A stretch of DNA of 64,000 nucleotides, taken from the NCBI GenBank assembly GCA_026392045.1, contig JAPLCU010000009.1:247-64246 (forward strand), given 5' to 3'. The notes under the pieces are model-generated. The model made no database searches. It was not told the DNA's origin and was given only the letters and a program-made list of their open reading frames with translations. Each line of letters opens with the position of its first letter. Position 1 is the first letter of the stretch. The position numbers were made by a program, and so were the translations under genes. This stretch comes from Armatimonadota bacterium (GTDB lineage Bacteria; Armatimonadota; UBA5829). Positions 39,696 to 50,900 of the stretch are shown here, one piece after another.

Positions 39696-40440
39696 GGCTT
39701 ACCTCGTTCAGATGTCGGCCGCCATCCACAAAAATGACCTGGCCGGTAATAAACTCGCTGCTCACCAGATAAAGCACGGCATCCGCGACCTGCTGGGGGT
39801 TTCCGATGCGCTTCAGCGGCAGCTCGTCCTTTAATGATTCGAGATAATCCATCCCTTTTCCTTCCGGGGGCAAAATCAGACCCGGCGCGACGGCGTTCAC
39901 TGCAATCTCAGGCGCAAGCTTAATGGCGAGCATTTTGGTGAAAAGACCCAGCAAATGCTTCGCAGAGAGATATGCCACATGCGAAAAATCATAGCTTGAA
40001 TATATTCGGGTGTCGAGCAGATTCACTATGTGCTGAGCGCCGGGTTTGGCGGCAAAGCTGCGAGAAAGCGCAAACGGCGCCCAAGCGTCTGTTTTGATGC
40101 TATCAATGAGAGCGTCAAATGTCAGATTATCGAGCGTATTGCGTGGAAATGCCGATGCGTTGTTCACGAGTATATGCAGCGGCCCTGCGATATCACAGGC
40201 GCGGTCGATTAGCTGGTCGATTTCATCCAAAACCGAGAGATCGGCTTGGATTGTCCAGGCATTCGGCCCTAAGGCTCGAATCTCAGCCGCCAGTTGCTCC
40301 GCCTCAGCCTTTGAAGCGCGATAGTGAACAACCACATTCGCGCCCTCGCAAGCAAGGCCCAGCGCAATCGCCCGCCCAATTCGTTTTGAAGCGCCGGTTA
40401 TAAGCGCGGTTTTGCCTTCAAATAATTTGTTATCGCACAC
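39688..40440 (-). CDS. Pteridine reductase-like SDR (FolM/PTR1-like)
   Basis: TGASKRIG (Arg typical of PTR1/FolM), NNAS, YxxxK. First gene of the fol operon. Confidence 0.8.
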   Translation of the reverse strand: MCDNKLFEGKTALITGASKRIGRAIALGLACEGANVVVHYRASKAEAEQLAAEIRALGPNAWTIQADLSVLDEIDQLIDRACDIAGPLHILVNNASAFPRNTLDNLTFDALIDSIKTDAWAPFALSRSFAAKPGAQHIVNLLDTRIYSSYDFSHVAYLSAKHLLGLFTKMLAIKLAPEIAVNAVAPGLILPPEGKGMDYLESLKDELPLKRIGNPQQVADAVLYLVSSEFITGQVIFVDGGRHLNEVSRG

Positions 40441-40464
40441 TTGACATTTATCCTTGCAGTTGTA

Positions 40465-40562
40465 GGTTATAGGTTATAAGTTTTAAGTTGTAAGTAGCTG
40501 GCACCGAGGCGTCTGGTTCTGGACTTATTACTTATTACTTATTACTTATGACTTATGACTTA
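40465..40562. repeat. Inverted pair of heptamer tandem repeats
   Basis: GGTTATA/AGTTTTA/AGTTGTA run facing an (ACTTATT)3(ACTTATG)2 run. Confidence 0.7.
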
Positions 40563-42689
40563 CAACTTCTCGACCAGCTTCTTCATAGCGACAGCGAAAC
40601 GCTCGCCGAGGGATACCATACCGGCGGTGTCATAGTGCCATGGATCGCCCATGCCGTAGTCGTCGGTCGTGAACGTGCCTGTATTCGGCACCGTATTGAC
40701 GACCTCCACCTCAGCTGCGCGAACCCCGTCGCCGAGGTCGGGACCCCATGCCGGCATTTTGGATATCTGCGCCAGCACGAATGGTAGGTTGGGCTGTTTT
40801 GTTTCGGTGCGAATATCTTTGATGAACGCAGTCAGGTTCTTTGCGTAGTCGGCGGTCATCTGCTTGTCGGACGCATCGGATTCGCCCTGCATCCAGATCA
40901 TACCGCAGAATTCGGGTTCAAAGGCCGGGTCGAGTGTGGACTTAGCTTCATTGAAGAAGTTGACCCATTTGGTGTAAAGGTCACCAACGGTTCCACCGGC
41001 GCTCGGCGGACGCCATTGTGCGCCAAGATTAGTGCCGCCCCAAGCTATTTTGATGATCGCCATAACCTGTTTTGGGTCTTGCGGGGCCATATTATAACCA
41101 AACAAGAGCTCTGGGCCGAATGTTCCCTTGCCGTCTCTGTTACCAAAGTCGCTTCCGAGGCCATCTTTTAGATAAGCCCATCCATAAGCGGGTTCGTTTT
41201 TCTCATTCTTAGGTATGCACTCACCGCGCACGAAGATGATGCAGTTCTTATTGAAGCCTTTGTATTTTTCGGGCATACCCGTGACCATACTGCATCCGAC
41301 GGAGTTCGATTGGCCCGAGGAAATATAAACTTTCAGCTTCTTGCTGACGGTGCGGAAGCTCCATACATCGCCCTTACTCACCGAAAGCTTATTGCTGTTG
41401 ATAGTCTCTACTCGCCAGTAATAGCTCTTGCCCAAAGCAGGATTCTTGATGGGTAACTCGACCGAAGTGACGCTCGCAGCCAGGCCGGCGAAATTGGGTT
41501 TCTTCTTAGCCAGCGCTTCTTCAGCTGTCTCACCTATATAGACATTCTGCTTAACGGCATACTTGCCCGGTGTCCAAGCAAGCTCGTGCTTGCCACCCTC
41601 AACAAAGATATAGCTATCAGCGGGAACAGGCTTGGCAGCGTTGCCGGTTTCTGTCTTAAATTCAGACACAATGCCTTTTTGCGCAACCTTGCCGGAAGCG
41701 TCGAGCTGATCGACTTTCCAATAATAGGTCTTGCCAAGGTTTAGCTTTAGTGGGCCATATTCTGTCTTATTGACCTTATCTATTATAGTGAAGCCTGCAG
41801 TGCTCTTTACATCATTTTCAGCAACAAGTTTGTCATTGCTAACGCGAATGGCATAGGAAGCAACATCAGGGCTGCCCTTCTCCCACTTCAGCATGGATGT
41901 CAGCGCGTCAACTGTAGCGCCGCGCTGCGGAGCCAATAAAATAGCCGAATTGAAGCCGTAAGCATTCCAGCTTTGCACCGTGGTGAATCCACGGTCATAT
42001 ACCTTAATGCTGGCGATTGCGCCATTGACATTATGCACATAACCAACACCTGGCGCAGGATCGCCGGTCATGCAGGCGCCGATCACAAACGGTCTGTCTT
42101 CTTTGGTAGCCAACGAGAACTTTCTGCTGATGCGAAGATCGCCATCACACCACGCCTGAAACTCGCCGTCTTTGCCGCCTGCGTAGGAATAAATCAGGGT
42201 GTGCCATTTATTTTTCACAGGCACGTTATCCAGCCAGCCTGAAACGTCATTGCTCCAAGTGCCGATAACGCCAAAGAATGTAGCTTCGCCGTATCCGATC
42301 TCTAAACATCTGTCGGGTCGATTAGACCACGAAATAAGCGTGCGCTCACCGGTCAGTTCCCTGCAGTTAGTCTTTACAATAACGGTCCAGGGTTTGTCGC
42401 CAACAAGAGAGGCCGGTGCTTTGAAATCCGCCAGCATGTGGTCTTTGCCGCTGAAATCCACGGCCTTCACGCCGTCGATCACTTTGACCTGCGGGTTGGC
42501 GCCGTCGTTAGAGAAAGCGCCCTCAAGGCTGCCTGCGTTTTTCCAGGCAGCGAGCGGGCCTTCAGACAATTTGTTTGCGTCAAGGTCTATTAGCGGCGTC
42601 TGCGCCAAACCCTCCGCGCTCATTATTGTTGCCATTGAAATAGCAAGCAATAACGCTAAAGATAGTTTCTTCAAGTTCATGTTAATCAA
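40560..42689 (-). CDS. Secreted LamG/ConA-like plus Ig-like plus SASA (SGNH) acetylesterase
   Basis: Signal peptide, GQSN, FGPE, WMQGESD, DPWH catalytic motif. Confidence 0.8.
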   Translation of the reverse strand: MINMNLKKLSLALLLAISMATIMSAEGLAQTPLIDLDANKLSEGPLAAWKNAGSLEGAFSNDGANPQVKVIDGVKAVDFSGKDHMLADFKAPASLVGDKPWTVIVKTNCRELTGERTLISWSNRPDRCLEIGYGEATFFGVIGTWSNDVSGWLDNVPVKNKWHTLIYSYAGGKDGEFQAWCDGDLRISRKFSLATKEDRPFVIGACMTGDPAPGVGYVHNVNGAIASIKVYDRGFTTVQSWNAYGFNSAILLAPQRGATVDALTSMLKWEKGSPDVASYAIRVSNDKLVAENDVKSTAGFTIIDKVNKTEYGPLKLNLGKTYYWKVDQLDASGKVAQKGIVSEFKTETGNAAKPVPADSYIFVEGGKHELAWTPGKYAVKQNVYIGETAEEALAKKKPNFAGLAASVTSVELPIKNPALGKSYYWRVETINSNKLSVSKGDVWSFRTVSKKLKVYISSGQSNSVGCSMVTGMPEKYKGFNKNCIIFVRGECIPKNEKNEPAYGWAYLKDGLGSDFGNRDGKGTFGPELLFGYNMAPQDPKQVMAIIKIAWGGTNLGAQWRPPSAGGTVGDLYTKWVNFFNEAKSTLDPAFEPEFCGMIWMQGESDASDKQMTADYAKNLTAFIKDIRTETKQPNLPFVLAQISKMPAWGPDLGDGVRAAEVEVVNTVPNTGTFTTDDYGMGDPWHYDTAGMVSLGERFAVAMKKLVEKL

Positions 42690-42771
42690 TTTTCCTCCAA
42701 GTTAGTTTTGATCAGGTTCCAATTAGTAGTTAGGCGGTTTTGCCAGTAATCCTCCACATATATCCCAAGAG

Positions 42772-45669
42772 TTACTGTCCCGACAGCTTATGCGCGATGT
42801 ATGCTTCCAATTCCTTGCGCTCATCATCCGTTAAAGCAACTTTATAAAGGAAAACATCGCCGATATCGCCATTGAATGTCGTCCAGTCATCGGGCGCATT
42901 GCGGCCAACCGTAATGCTCTTGGCAAATCCTGCCTCGGGCGGAGCCAGCGCTGTCATAGCGCTAAGTTCTGAGTTTGACATAACCTCCGTGCCATTGGCA
43001 TATACTTTATACTTGCCATCGGGCTGCACTATGAGGCTCAATATGGTAATCTGGCCATCTGGAATAGCAACCTTGCTGTTATCTATAGGTCCGTTGCGCC
43101 GAACGCAGATCAGCCCGGAATCACTGCGGATACCCAAAGTCAGACGATCATAGAAGCAGTCAACAATTGAAAACCACCCGGAAGCTGCCGCGCTGCGTAT
43201 TGGCCGCGCAGCTACAACAATGCTGGCGCCATTGCACGGTATCGGCTCGGAATAGGCGCCAAAGTTGAAGCCGTCACCATCCAGATAGAGATTTCTGCTG
43301 AATTTCCCGCCGTCGATTTTTACCGTTTCAGGCGAAGCTATAGGTTTCAGCTTCCCGCCTTCAGGAACCATTGTCGGCCAGCCTCCTCCATTGCCAGACG
43401 GCAAAGATTCACCGAGGCAAGCCAAGATCAACTGGTCTTTATTCGGGATTTTTCCCGTGGCGTCAGAGCCGCCTTTGAACTTCACGGCAAAAGTATGGGA
43501 TGAGGAGACGTTGCTGAATGTGTATGAATCTTTTGCGCCCACATCTTTTCCGTCAACGATCACGCTCGCGACCGAATACCCTGGAATCGGGGTAATTTTG
43601 AATGTCTGGTTGCCGTTGTAGTCGGCCATCATATCGCCGCACGGGGAGATTGAGCCGCCATAGCCCGCCTCTGTCGTAATCGTGCAGGCAAATGATGCGC
43701 TGATAGTATGATTGCTCCTGACATCAATGAAAGAGAAGCTGTCTCGCGCGCTGATCTCAATTCCATCAATTGCAAGAGACTTTGTGACCAGCCCCGGATT
43801 CGGCACGATAGTAAATGTCTGCGCTCCACCCTGGGGTATAGATACAACTCCGGAAGACGGGATAGGAACGATCTTCTCCCTGGAACTGTAAGCAAAGGAC
43901 ACGGAGATAGTTCCCGTCGGCTTGATTCTCCCGCCTCTATTTGCTGAAGTTGTTATCTTATAACTTGGCGCTTTCTTAGAGAAAGTCGCTTCTATCGTGT
44001 GGTTGGCATAGACAGGATCAAACGTATAGTTTGGAACTGAGCCGACAGAAACGCCGTCCACTTTCACATCTTCAATAAAGTAACCGGCCTTCGGTTTGAT
44101 CGTATAAAGCACGGCCATCCGCTGCGGGAATTTCGCGCTGCCTGGCGGGGTGATAGTTCCCCCATCCCCGGCGGTGGCGGCGATGGTGTAGCGCTTAGTC
44201 ACGTCCTCCACATGGAACGGGGCCGCAGGCAGGCCTTCTTTATTATAGAGATTGCATCCTTCGGGGTTCTGCCAGCAGGCATACGAGACTTTGCGCGGTT
44301 CAGGAACCGATGGCGATGACATAATGACCTGGTTTTCCTTAATCACAGCATCGGCATGGAACCATTTACCATCTGCGCCAGCTATAACAAAGCGCGTCAG
44401 AGCGCCTCCTGGGATTTCCTTAGTCGGCTGATACCACGCCTTTGAACCGACCATCAGACCGCTTCCGATGCTATCAAACGAGCATATTACTTTATTGCCC
44501 GACAATGTCACATCTTTCAGCACAGGGCCGTTCGCAACTATCTTCGTAAATCCATAATCATTCTTGAGGGCCCAGAAAGCGAGCCGCTCGCCGACATCCA
44601 GTTTGTTTTCGGGATGGTAGCCAGCCCAACTTTCCTTCGAAACGCCAATGTCGATCGCCGAGGCGCACCCGGCATGCGGCAGCGCCATGGCGTTGGCCTG
44701 TTGCAGGCGGGTGTCGGCATTCCAACCGCCGGAGATGAGTACCGGAGTCTCGGTCTGCAAGGGTAATCCGTAATTCGCGATCATCACATAATAGAACGGA
44801 AAGTCATCCACTCCAAATATCCGCTTCCATCCCTGCTGAAGAGCTTTCATTTTGAGGAAATAGCTATCGGGTGTTTGCACGCTTCGTTCAGCGTTTTCGC
44901 CCTGATACCATATCGCTCCCTTAATGCCATAAGGCGCAATCGGCGCGATCATGCCATTTGAGAGATTAGATGGGCCGCCCGGCAAAACTGGCTGGCTTAA
45001 GAGCGGTTTGAGGTCTGGAATATCAATAAAACCTTCAGGAGCAAGCCACAAATCGATGCTTGTTCCTCCAACCGAAGACGTTATGAGGCCGATCGGTATG
45101 GTACCTTTAGTCTCCTGGTAAATCTTTCTCGCAAAATAGAATGCTGCTGCTGAAAATCGGCCAGCCGAATCAGGGGTGCATACGGCCCAGCTTGGGTTGC
45201 CTTTCAGCATTTTCGAAGGAACTCCCGCCGACGCACCTATCGTGCGAAATGATCTTATTCCGGGAAAATTCGCGCTGTCAACATCTTCTTTGCGATTACA
45301 GCCTCCGAGGACCATATCCATGTTAGATTGGCCGCTGCAAAGCCACACATCGCCAACCAGCACGTCGCTGAATGTGAGGGTGTTTGACCCGGCGATGGTC
45401 ATTTGTTGCCCTTTGGTGTTTGCGCTCATCGCCGGCAGCATCACCTGCCAGTTTCCTTGAGCGTCAGCGGTTGCTGAAACCTTTTTTTCACCGAATGAAA
45501 CAGCAACCTTCTCTCCAGCGCCAGCAGTCCCGAAAACCGGCACAGACTTGCCGCGCTGAAGCACCATGTGGTCACTGAATATCTTGCATAGCTGCACTTC
45601 AGCGTGGGCCGCGCTAACCAAAGACAAGACAAAAAGTACAACCAACAATCGGACTCGGCACTTACTCAT
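42772..45669 (-). CDS. Secreted sialate O-acetylesterase family protein with tandem beta-repeats and C-terminal LamG-like domain
   Basis: FSDHMVLQR, GDVWLCSGQSNM, WYQGE, HP.NK, NLYN.EGLPA.PF. Then GG.I.P.G...F.I.P..GY repeats. Confidence 0.85.
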   Translation of the reverse strand: MSKCRVRLLVVLFVLSLVSAAHAEVQLCKIFSDHMVLQRGKSVPVFGTAGAGEKVAVSFGEKKVSATADAQGNWQVMLPAMSANTKGQQMTIAGSNTLTFSDVLVGDVWLCSGQSNMDMVLGGCNRKEDVDSANFPGIRSFRTIGASAGVPSKMLKGNPSWAVCTPDSAGRFSAAAFYFARKIYQETKGTIPIGLITSSVGGTSIDLWLAPEGFIDIPDLKPLLSQPVLPGGPSNLSNGMIAPIAPYGIKGAIWYQGENAERSVQTPDSYFLKMKALQQGWKRIFGVDDFPFYYVMIANYGLPLQTETPVLISGGWNADTRLQQANAMALPHAGCASAIDIGVSKESWAGYHPENKLDVGERLAFWALKNDYGFTKIVANGPVLKDVTLSGNKVICSFDSIGSGLMVGSKAWYQPTKEIPGGALTRFVIAGADGKWFHADAVIKENQVIMSSPSVPEPRKVSYACWQNPEGCNLYNKEGLPAAPFHVEDVTKRYTIAATAGDGGTITPPGSAKFPQRMAVLYTIKPKAGYFIEDVKVDGVSVGSVPNYTFDPVYANHTIEATFSKKAPSYKITTSANRGGRIKPTGTISVSFAYSSREKIVPIPSSGVVSIPQGGAQTFTIVPNPGLVTKSLAIDGIEISARDSFSFIDVRSNHTISASFACTITTEAGYGGSISPCGDMMADYNGNQTFKITPIPGYSVASVIVDGKDVGAKDSYTFSNVSSSHTFAVKFKGGSDATGKIPNKDQLILACLGESLPSGNGGGWPTMVPEGGKLKPIASPETVKIDGGKFSRNLYLDGDGFNFGAYSEPIPCNGASIVVAARPIRSAAASGWFSIVDCFYDRLTLGIRSDSGLICVRRNGPIDNSKVAIPDGQITILSLIVQPDGKYKVYANGTEVMSNSELSAMTALAPPEAGFAKSITVGRNAPDDWTTFNGDIGDVFLYKVALTDDERKELEAYIAHKLSGQ

Positions 45670-45700
45670 TCAATTTCTCCTAATATCTGTATTTGATATA

Positions 45701-45837
45701 CTTCGGGACTGTTTTTCGTCCCGAAGAGTATCACTCTTTTATTCTTTCGGCTTGTTTGCCTTCCCCAACCCCGGGAACTGCTTCAGCATTTCGGCGGATA
45801 TTTTTAATATGCTTCGGGACTGTTTTTCGTCCCGAAG
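45701..45837. repeat. Two exact 26-bp palindromes bracketing a relic copy of the GH43 3' end
   Basis: Palindromes at 45701-45726 and 45812-45837. 45739-45804 on the minus strand encodes KISAEMLKQFPGLGKANKPKE*. Confidence 0.88.
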
Positions 45838-45858
45838 CACATCTTTCTAAAGCACACT

Positions 45859-47025
45859 CTATTTATCCTTTGGCTTGCTTTCTTTTCCCAACCCCGGGAA
45901 CTTCTTCAGCATTTCCGCAGATATCTTGGAAGTCTGAGGGGTGTAAGACGGCGCCGTTGTTTTTACTTCGCCGTTTTCAAACCAGATCGGGTCGATCATC
46001 ATTGAGGCGTCTTTATGACCGGTTGCATAAGTATGGCACGAAGTCCATATTCTGCCATCGGGTCCGGTGAAGAATTGGTTGTGGCCCAGGCTCGTGAATG
46101 GAAAATTGGCGTCCTCAATGTCCTTTCCATAGCGGACGGCCACGTTCTTTCCATCCTTGCTCCATGCCCCGAAGAGAGGGTTGTTCTTGTTCTTAGTGTA
46201 AGGCCCATGAATATTCTTAGCGGTGGCATAGCCAACAGCATAACCCTTTGTCCATGAGGAATAGAACAAGTAATAAGTTCCATTGTTCTTGACCACAGCG
46301 GAGCCTTCGACGCCGCTGCCGTCCCACGTTCCGGCCTCCTGGTGAAAAAGCTCAAGGGGCTTTTCCTTAAGCTGCAGATTCTTCATGTCCATTTCAGCCA
46401 CATAGATTCTATGCACGTCCGTCCAGCCGTTGTTGAAGAACGCATAGACCTTGCCGTCCTCGTCCTCGAACAGCGTAAGGTCGTTGGAAGGCCATGGAGT
46501 CAGCGGCTTGTCGGGCGTCATAACCTTGTAAGGCCCCGTGATTTTGTCTGCCACTGCTATGCCGCACGCATGATAATGCTTATATTTCTCGCTCTCATTG
46601 AGGCAGTTGAATGTCAGATAATATTTGCCTTTAATCTTGTGAAGTTCCGGCGCCCAAAATCGGTCTTTGTACCAAGTCTCCGGGGGCAGTTTTTCAGCGT
46701 CGATAAGCATGGTTTCAAATTTCCAATCGACCATATTATCGCTGACAAAAAGTTTCACGCCAGGGTTAGGGCCTGACCAGTAGGGCGGGCAGGTGCCTAT
46801 GGAATAGAACTTGCCATTGTCCGGCAGGATGACCGTGTCGCGCACGTCCAGGGCTGAGTTGGGGTTTTGGTAGTTAAACTCAGGCGGCTCCTTTGATTTT
46901 GCAGCAGACGCCCCCGCATTCGCGCCGCAGCACGCCAAAATGGGCAACGACAGCATAAACTGTGCGCATTTGCGCCAGGGGAAAGCTTTAAGCGCATCGA
47001 TATTTTTCTGCAAAACTATTTTCAA
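45859..47025 (-). CDS. Glycoside hydrolase family 43 (five-bladed propeller)
   Basis: RD, FWAPE, GPY, DL.LF.D.DG, EG, YYLFYS, GHN. Confidence 0.85.
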   Translation of the reverse strand: MKIVLQKNIDALKAFPWRKCAQFMLSLPILACCGANAGASAAKSKEPPEFNYQNPNSALDVRDTVILPDNGKFYSIGTCPPYWSGPNPGVKLFVSDNMVDWKFETMLIDAEKLPPETWYKDRFWAPELHKIKGKYYLTFNCLNESEKYKHYHACGIAVADKITGPYKVMTPDKPLTPWPSNDLTLFEDEDGKVYAFFNNGWTDVHRIYVAEMDMKNLQLKEKPLELFHQEAGTWDGSGVEGSAVVKNNGTYYLFYSSWTKGYAVGYATAKNIHGPYTKNKNNPLFGAWSKDGKNVAVRYGKDIEDANFPFTSLGHNQFFTGPDGRIWTSCHTYATGHKDASMMIDPIWFENGEVKTTAPSYTPQTSKISAEMLKKFPGLGKESKPKDK

Positions 47026-47301
47026 AATCGGTTGTCTCCTATAAGTTATTCGTCTTTGAAATGTTGTTCTGAAATTGTTTGATTGCTGCCACCTATGTTA
47101 TAGATGCAAACTCATCACCAATATTATCACTCTTGCATTGACCTCCATGCAATGCATGAAACTGTGCTAATATTAGAGCTTTTCGCTGTATTTTGCAACC
47201 AGCGGCACGCGCGCTGCCCTGGCCTTACACCGATGCCTTATTCCACAGCAGGCTTCAATCTGCTATAATAGCTTCTGTAAGGTAAAATAACGTCCGGACT
47301 G

Positions 47302-47628
47302 GTGATGTTCGTGAACATAACTGATGAGAGAATCTTGGATGTAGTTGACCGGATAGGGAGTAGCGTGCACCCACTGCAGATATTGCTCTTTGGCTCGGTT
47401 GCACGAGGTCAAGCTCGCCCGGATAGCGACATAGACATCCTTGTCGTTATGCCTGATGGGACTCACCGGCGCAATACTATGACTGATATATACCGAGCTC
47501 TGCTTGGCTCCAAACTGGACGTGGATGTAGTCGTCGCCACCGTTTCGGATCTAAAACTTTACGGTGAGACGTCGGGTCTCATCTACCGGCAAGCCCTGAC
47601 TGAAGGAGTACAGCTCTATGCAGCATAA
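47302..47628 (+). CDS. Minimal nucleotidyltransferase (MNT) antitoxin
   Basis: LFGSVARG...DSDIDILVV and a C-terminal EG..LY. Confidence 0.88.
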   Translation: MMFVNITDERILDVVDRIGSSVHPLQILLFGSVARGQARPDSDIDILVVMPDGTHRRNTMTDIYRALLGSKLDVDVVVATVSDLKLYGETSGLIYRQALTEGVQLYAA

Positions 47629-47689
47629 CTCCGGTGGCGCCAAAGACCCAAAGAGGTGGATGCAGAACGCTGCCACGGAGAAGACTTGA
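47618..47689 (+). pseudogene. Truncated HEPN toxin remnant
   Basis: Overlapping ATG after GAAGGAG gives MQHNSGGAKDPKRWMQNAATEKT*, resembling the DP..W...A N-terminus of HEPN partners. Confidence 0.5.
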
Positions 47690-47908
47690 CTTGAGAGGTT
47701 AGCATGCTGCTCACCCTTCGAGTGACCTCAGGGTGGCGAAGTGCTTGGCGCAGTGATTGGCATAGGTCCGCTAAGCGGATGACTTTCCGCTTAGCGCCCT
47801 TCCCTTCTGGGCTTTCCACTCTCCACTTTCCACTTTCCGCTACCCTCCACGCAGGGGATTTGGCTGCAACCGTTTAAGTAAACATGAGTTACCAAAACTG
47901 GAGGAATA

Positions 47909-50900
47909 ATGACCTTGATAAGATTCGGATTGCTCGGTATGGCGGCAACATTCTTAGTTACAATGGCTATTCCGGGAAGGTGTGAATTGAAAGACAATAA
48001 ACCAGATTCGGCCTCGCCGGACCTTTCAAAAGGGGCGACTCTTTACACAGTCGGCTACGCGCATTTGGACACTCAATGGCGCTGGGATTACCCTCAGGTG
48101 ATCAACAGCATGATTCCTGCTACCATGCATGATAATTTCCGCCTCATTGAAGCCTACCCAAATTATATATTCAATTTCAGCGGGGCCAACCGCTATCGCT
48201 TGATGAAAGAGTATTATCCGGCAGACTTTGAAAAGGTCAAAGCTTACGTCAAAGCGGGTCGGTGGTTCCCATGCGGGTCATCAATGGAAGAATCCGATGT
48301 GAACGTTCCTTCGGCGGAATCGCTCATTCGCCAGATTCTTTACGGCAATCATTACTTCCGCCGCGAACTAGGCAAGGCGAGCATTGAATATATGCTGCCA
48401 GACTGCTTCGGTTTTCCCGCATCGCTGCCGAGCATTCTTGCACACTGTGGAATAAAGGGTTTCTCCACACAGAAACTCACGTGGGGTTCCGCCGTCGGCA
48501 TCCCGTTCAAAGTTGGTGTTTGGGAAGGACTTGATGGCTCATTCGTAATTGCGGCGCTCGACCCCGGCGATTATGGTGGAAGGATCCGTGAAGACCTCTC
48601 ACAAAACAAGAACTGGCTGGAGAGAATCAATCAAAACGGCAAAACATCGGGCGTATTTGCCGATTACCGTTACTACGGCACCGGCGACCAGGGCGGCGCG
48701 CCAACTGAAGATTCAGTAAAATGGGTCGAAAAGAGCGTAAGCGGCATCGGCCCGATTAAAATCATATCATCCTCCGCCGATCAATTATTTAAGGATATCA
48801 AGCCCAGCCAAATCGCCGGGCTGCCGCGCTACAAGGGCGATTTGCTTCTGACCCAGCATTCAGCGGGTTCGCTCACTTCGCAAGCATACATGAAGAAATG
48901 GAACCGCCACAATGAACAACTTGCTGACGGCGCCGAAAAAACCTTGATAGCCGCAAGCTGGCTCGGCGGTATGATATATCCACAAAAGAAGCTTAACGAC
49001 GCCTGGACGCTGGTTATGGGCGGTCAATTTCACGATATTCTCCCTGGCACATCTATTCCCAAGGCCTATGAATACTCCTGGAATGATGAAATCCTGGCTA
49101 TGAACCAGTTTTCAAACGTGATGGAGCAGGCCGTTGGAGTAATTGCATCCGCAATGGACACCCGCGCCAAGGGTACGCCGATAGTAATCTATAATCCTTT
49201 GAACGTCGCCCGTGAGGACTTAGTTGAAGCCACAGTGCCGCTAACAGCAAAATCTGCCCGAGTAATCGGGCCGGACGGCAAAGAAACGCCCTCGCAAATT
49301 ATTGATCGAACCAGCGATGGGGTGAAAGTGCTGTTTGTGGCAAAAGCGCCTTCTGTCGGGTTTGCTGTGTATGATGTCCAACCGTCCGAGATTACACCAA
49401 AGTCCGGCAATCTCAAAGTGACCGAATCCAGCCTCGAAAACGCGCGCTATAAGATCAAACTTAACAATGCCGGAGACGTGTCAAGCATATACGACAAACT
49501 CGCAAAGAATGAGCTTCTTTCTGCGCCCATGTGTCTTGCCTTCCAGTATGAAAACCCGAGGGAATTTCCAGCGTGGAATATGGACTGGGAGGATCAGAGC
49601 AAGCCGCCGCACAGCTACGTGGATGGCAAAGCCAGCATCGGTATTCTGGAAAATGGGCCGGTGCGAGTTGCCGTCGCTGTTACTCGCGAGGCTGAGGGCT
49701 CTAAGTTCACGCAGATCGTCCGCCTATCTGCAGGAAGCGCGGGCAATAGAATCGAATTCAGTGACCAAATAGATTGGCGCAGCCGCGAATGCTGCCTTAA
49801 GGCCGTATTCCCGCTCACCGTCTCAAATCCGCTCGCAACCTATAGCTGGGAAACCTGCAGCGTGCAGCGAGGCAATAACGACCCCGCAAAATACGAGGTG
49901 CCGTCGCATCAATGGTTCGATCTAACAGATAAAGAGGGCGCGTATGGCGTTTCAGCGCTCTCAGACTGCAAATACGGCTCGGATAAGCCCGACGATAGCA
50001 CCCTGCGCCTCACCCTTCTACACACCCCCGGCACGCGCGGCGGTTACCATGATCAGGCAAGCCAGGATTGGGGCAAACACAAGATCAATTACGGCCTAGC
50101 GGGGCATTCGGGAGATTGGCGAGAGGGCCAAACCGACTGGCAAGCTCTGCGAATGCAACAGCCGCTGATCGCGTTCGAGACTATCAAGCACGAGGGCAAA
50201 CTAGGCAAGAAATTCGCCATTCTGAAGCTCAGCGACCCTAGAATTCGTGTATTGGCAGTAAAAAAAGCCGAAGATACAGACGAAGTTATCTTAAGAATGG
50301 TGGAAATGGACGGCAAAAAGGCGAAATCGGTCAAAATCAGCTTCGCCGCGCCGATCACGACCGCCCGCGAGGTAAACGGCCAAGAGCAACCTATTGGTCT
50401 GATAAGCGTTAAAGATAGTGCGTTGGATATAAATTTCACGCCTTACCAGATACGCACATTTGCGCTCAAGCTTGGTGAAGCTCCAACGAACATGCTATTG
50501 CCCAAGTCCACACCAGTCACGCTGAAATATGACATCCAGCTCACAAGCAAAGACGGCGAAAAATCCAACGGCGGCTTCGACAAAGACAAACGCTGCATTC
50601 CCGCTGAAATGCTCCCGAGCGAGATCACCGAGAGCGGCATCACGTTCAAACTTGGCCCAAACGACCAGCCCAACGGCGTCACCTGCTCCGGCCAAACCAT
50701 AACGCTGCCCAAAGCCAAATCCAACCGCGTTTATATACTCGCGGCATCTTCGCCCGAAGATCAAAAAGCGATTTTCACGCTCGACGGCGAGCCAATCGAG
50801 CTCAACATTCAAGACTGGGGCGGCTACATCGGCCAATGGGACCTGCGCACGTGGAAACCCGGCACGGACGAATGCAATGGAATCATCCCCGGCTATATCA

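Noticed and set aside
45739-45930. DGR template/variable repeat pair
   Set aside because: Differences are mostly synonymous and not confined to adenines, and no reverse transcriptase is in the window.
47690-47800. tRNA or structured ncRNA
   Set aside because: Only a simple hairpin (CGCTAAGCGGA...TCCGCTTAGCG) is present, with no cloverleaf or T-loop consensus.
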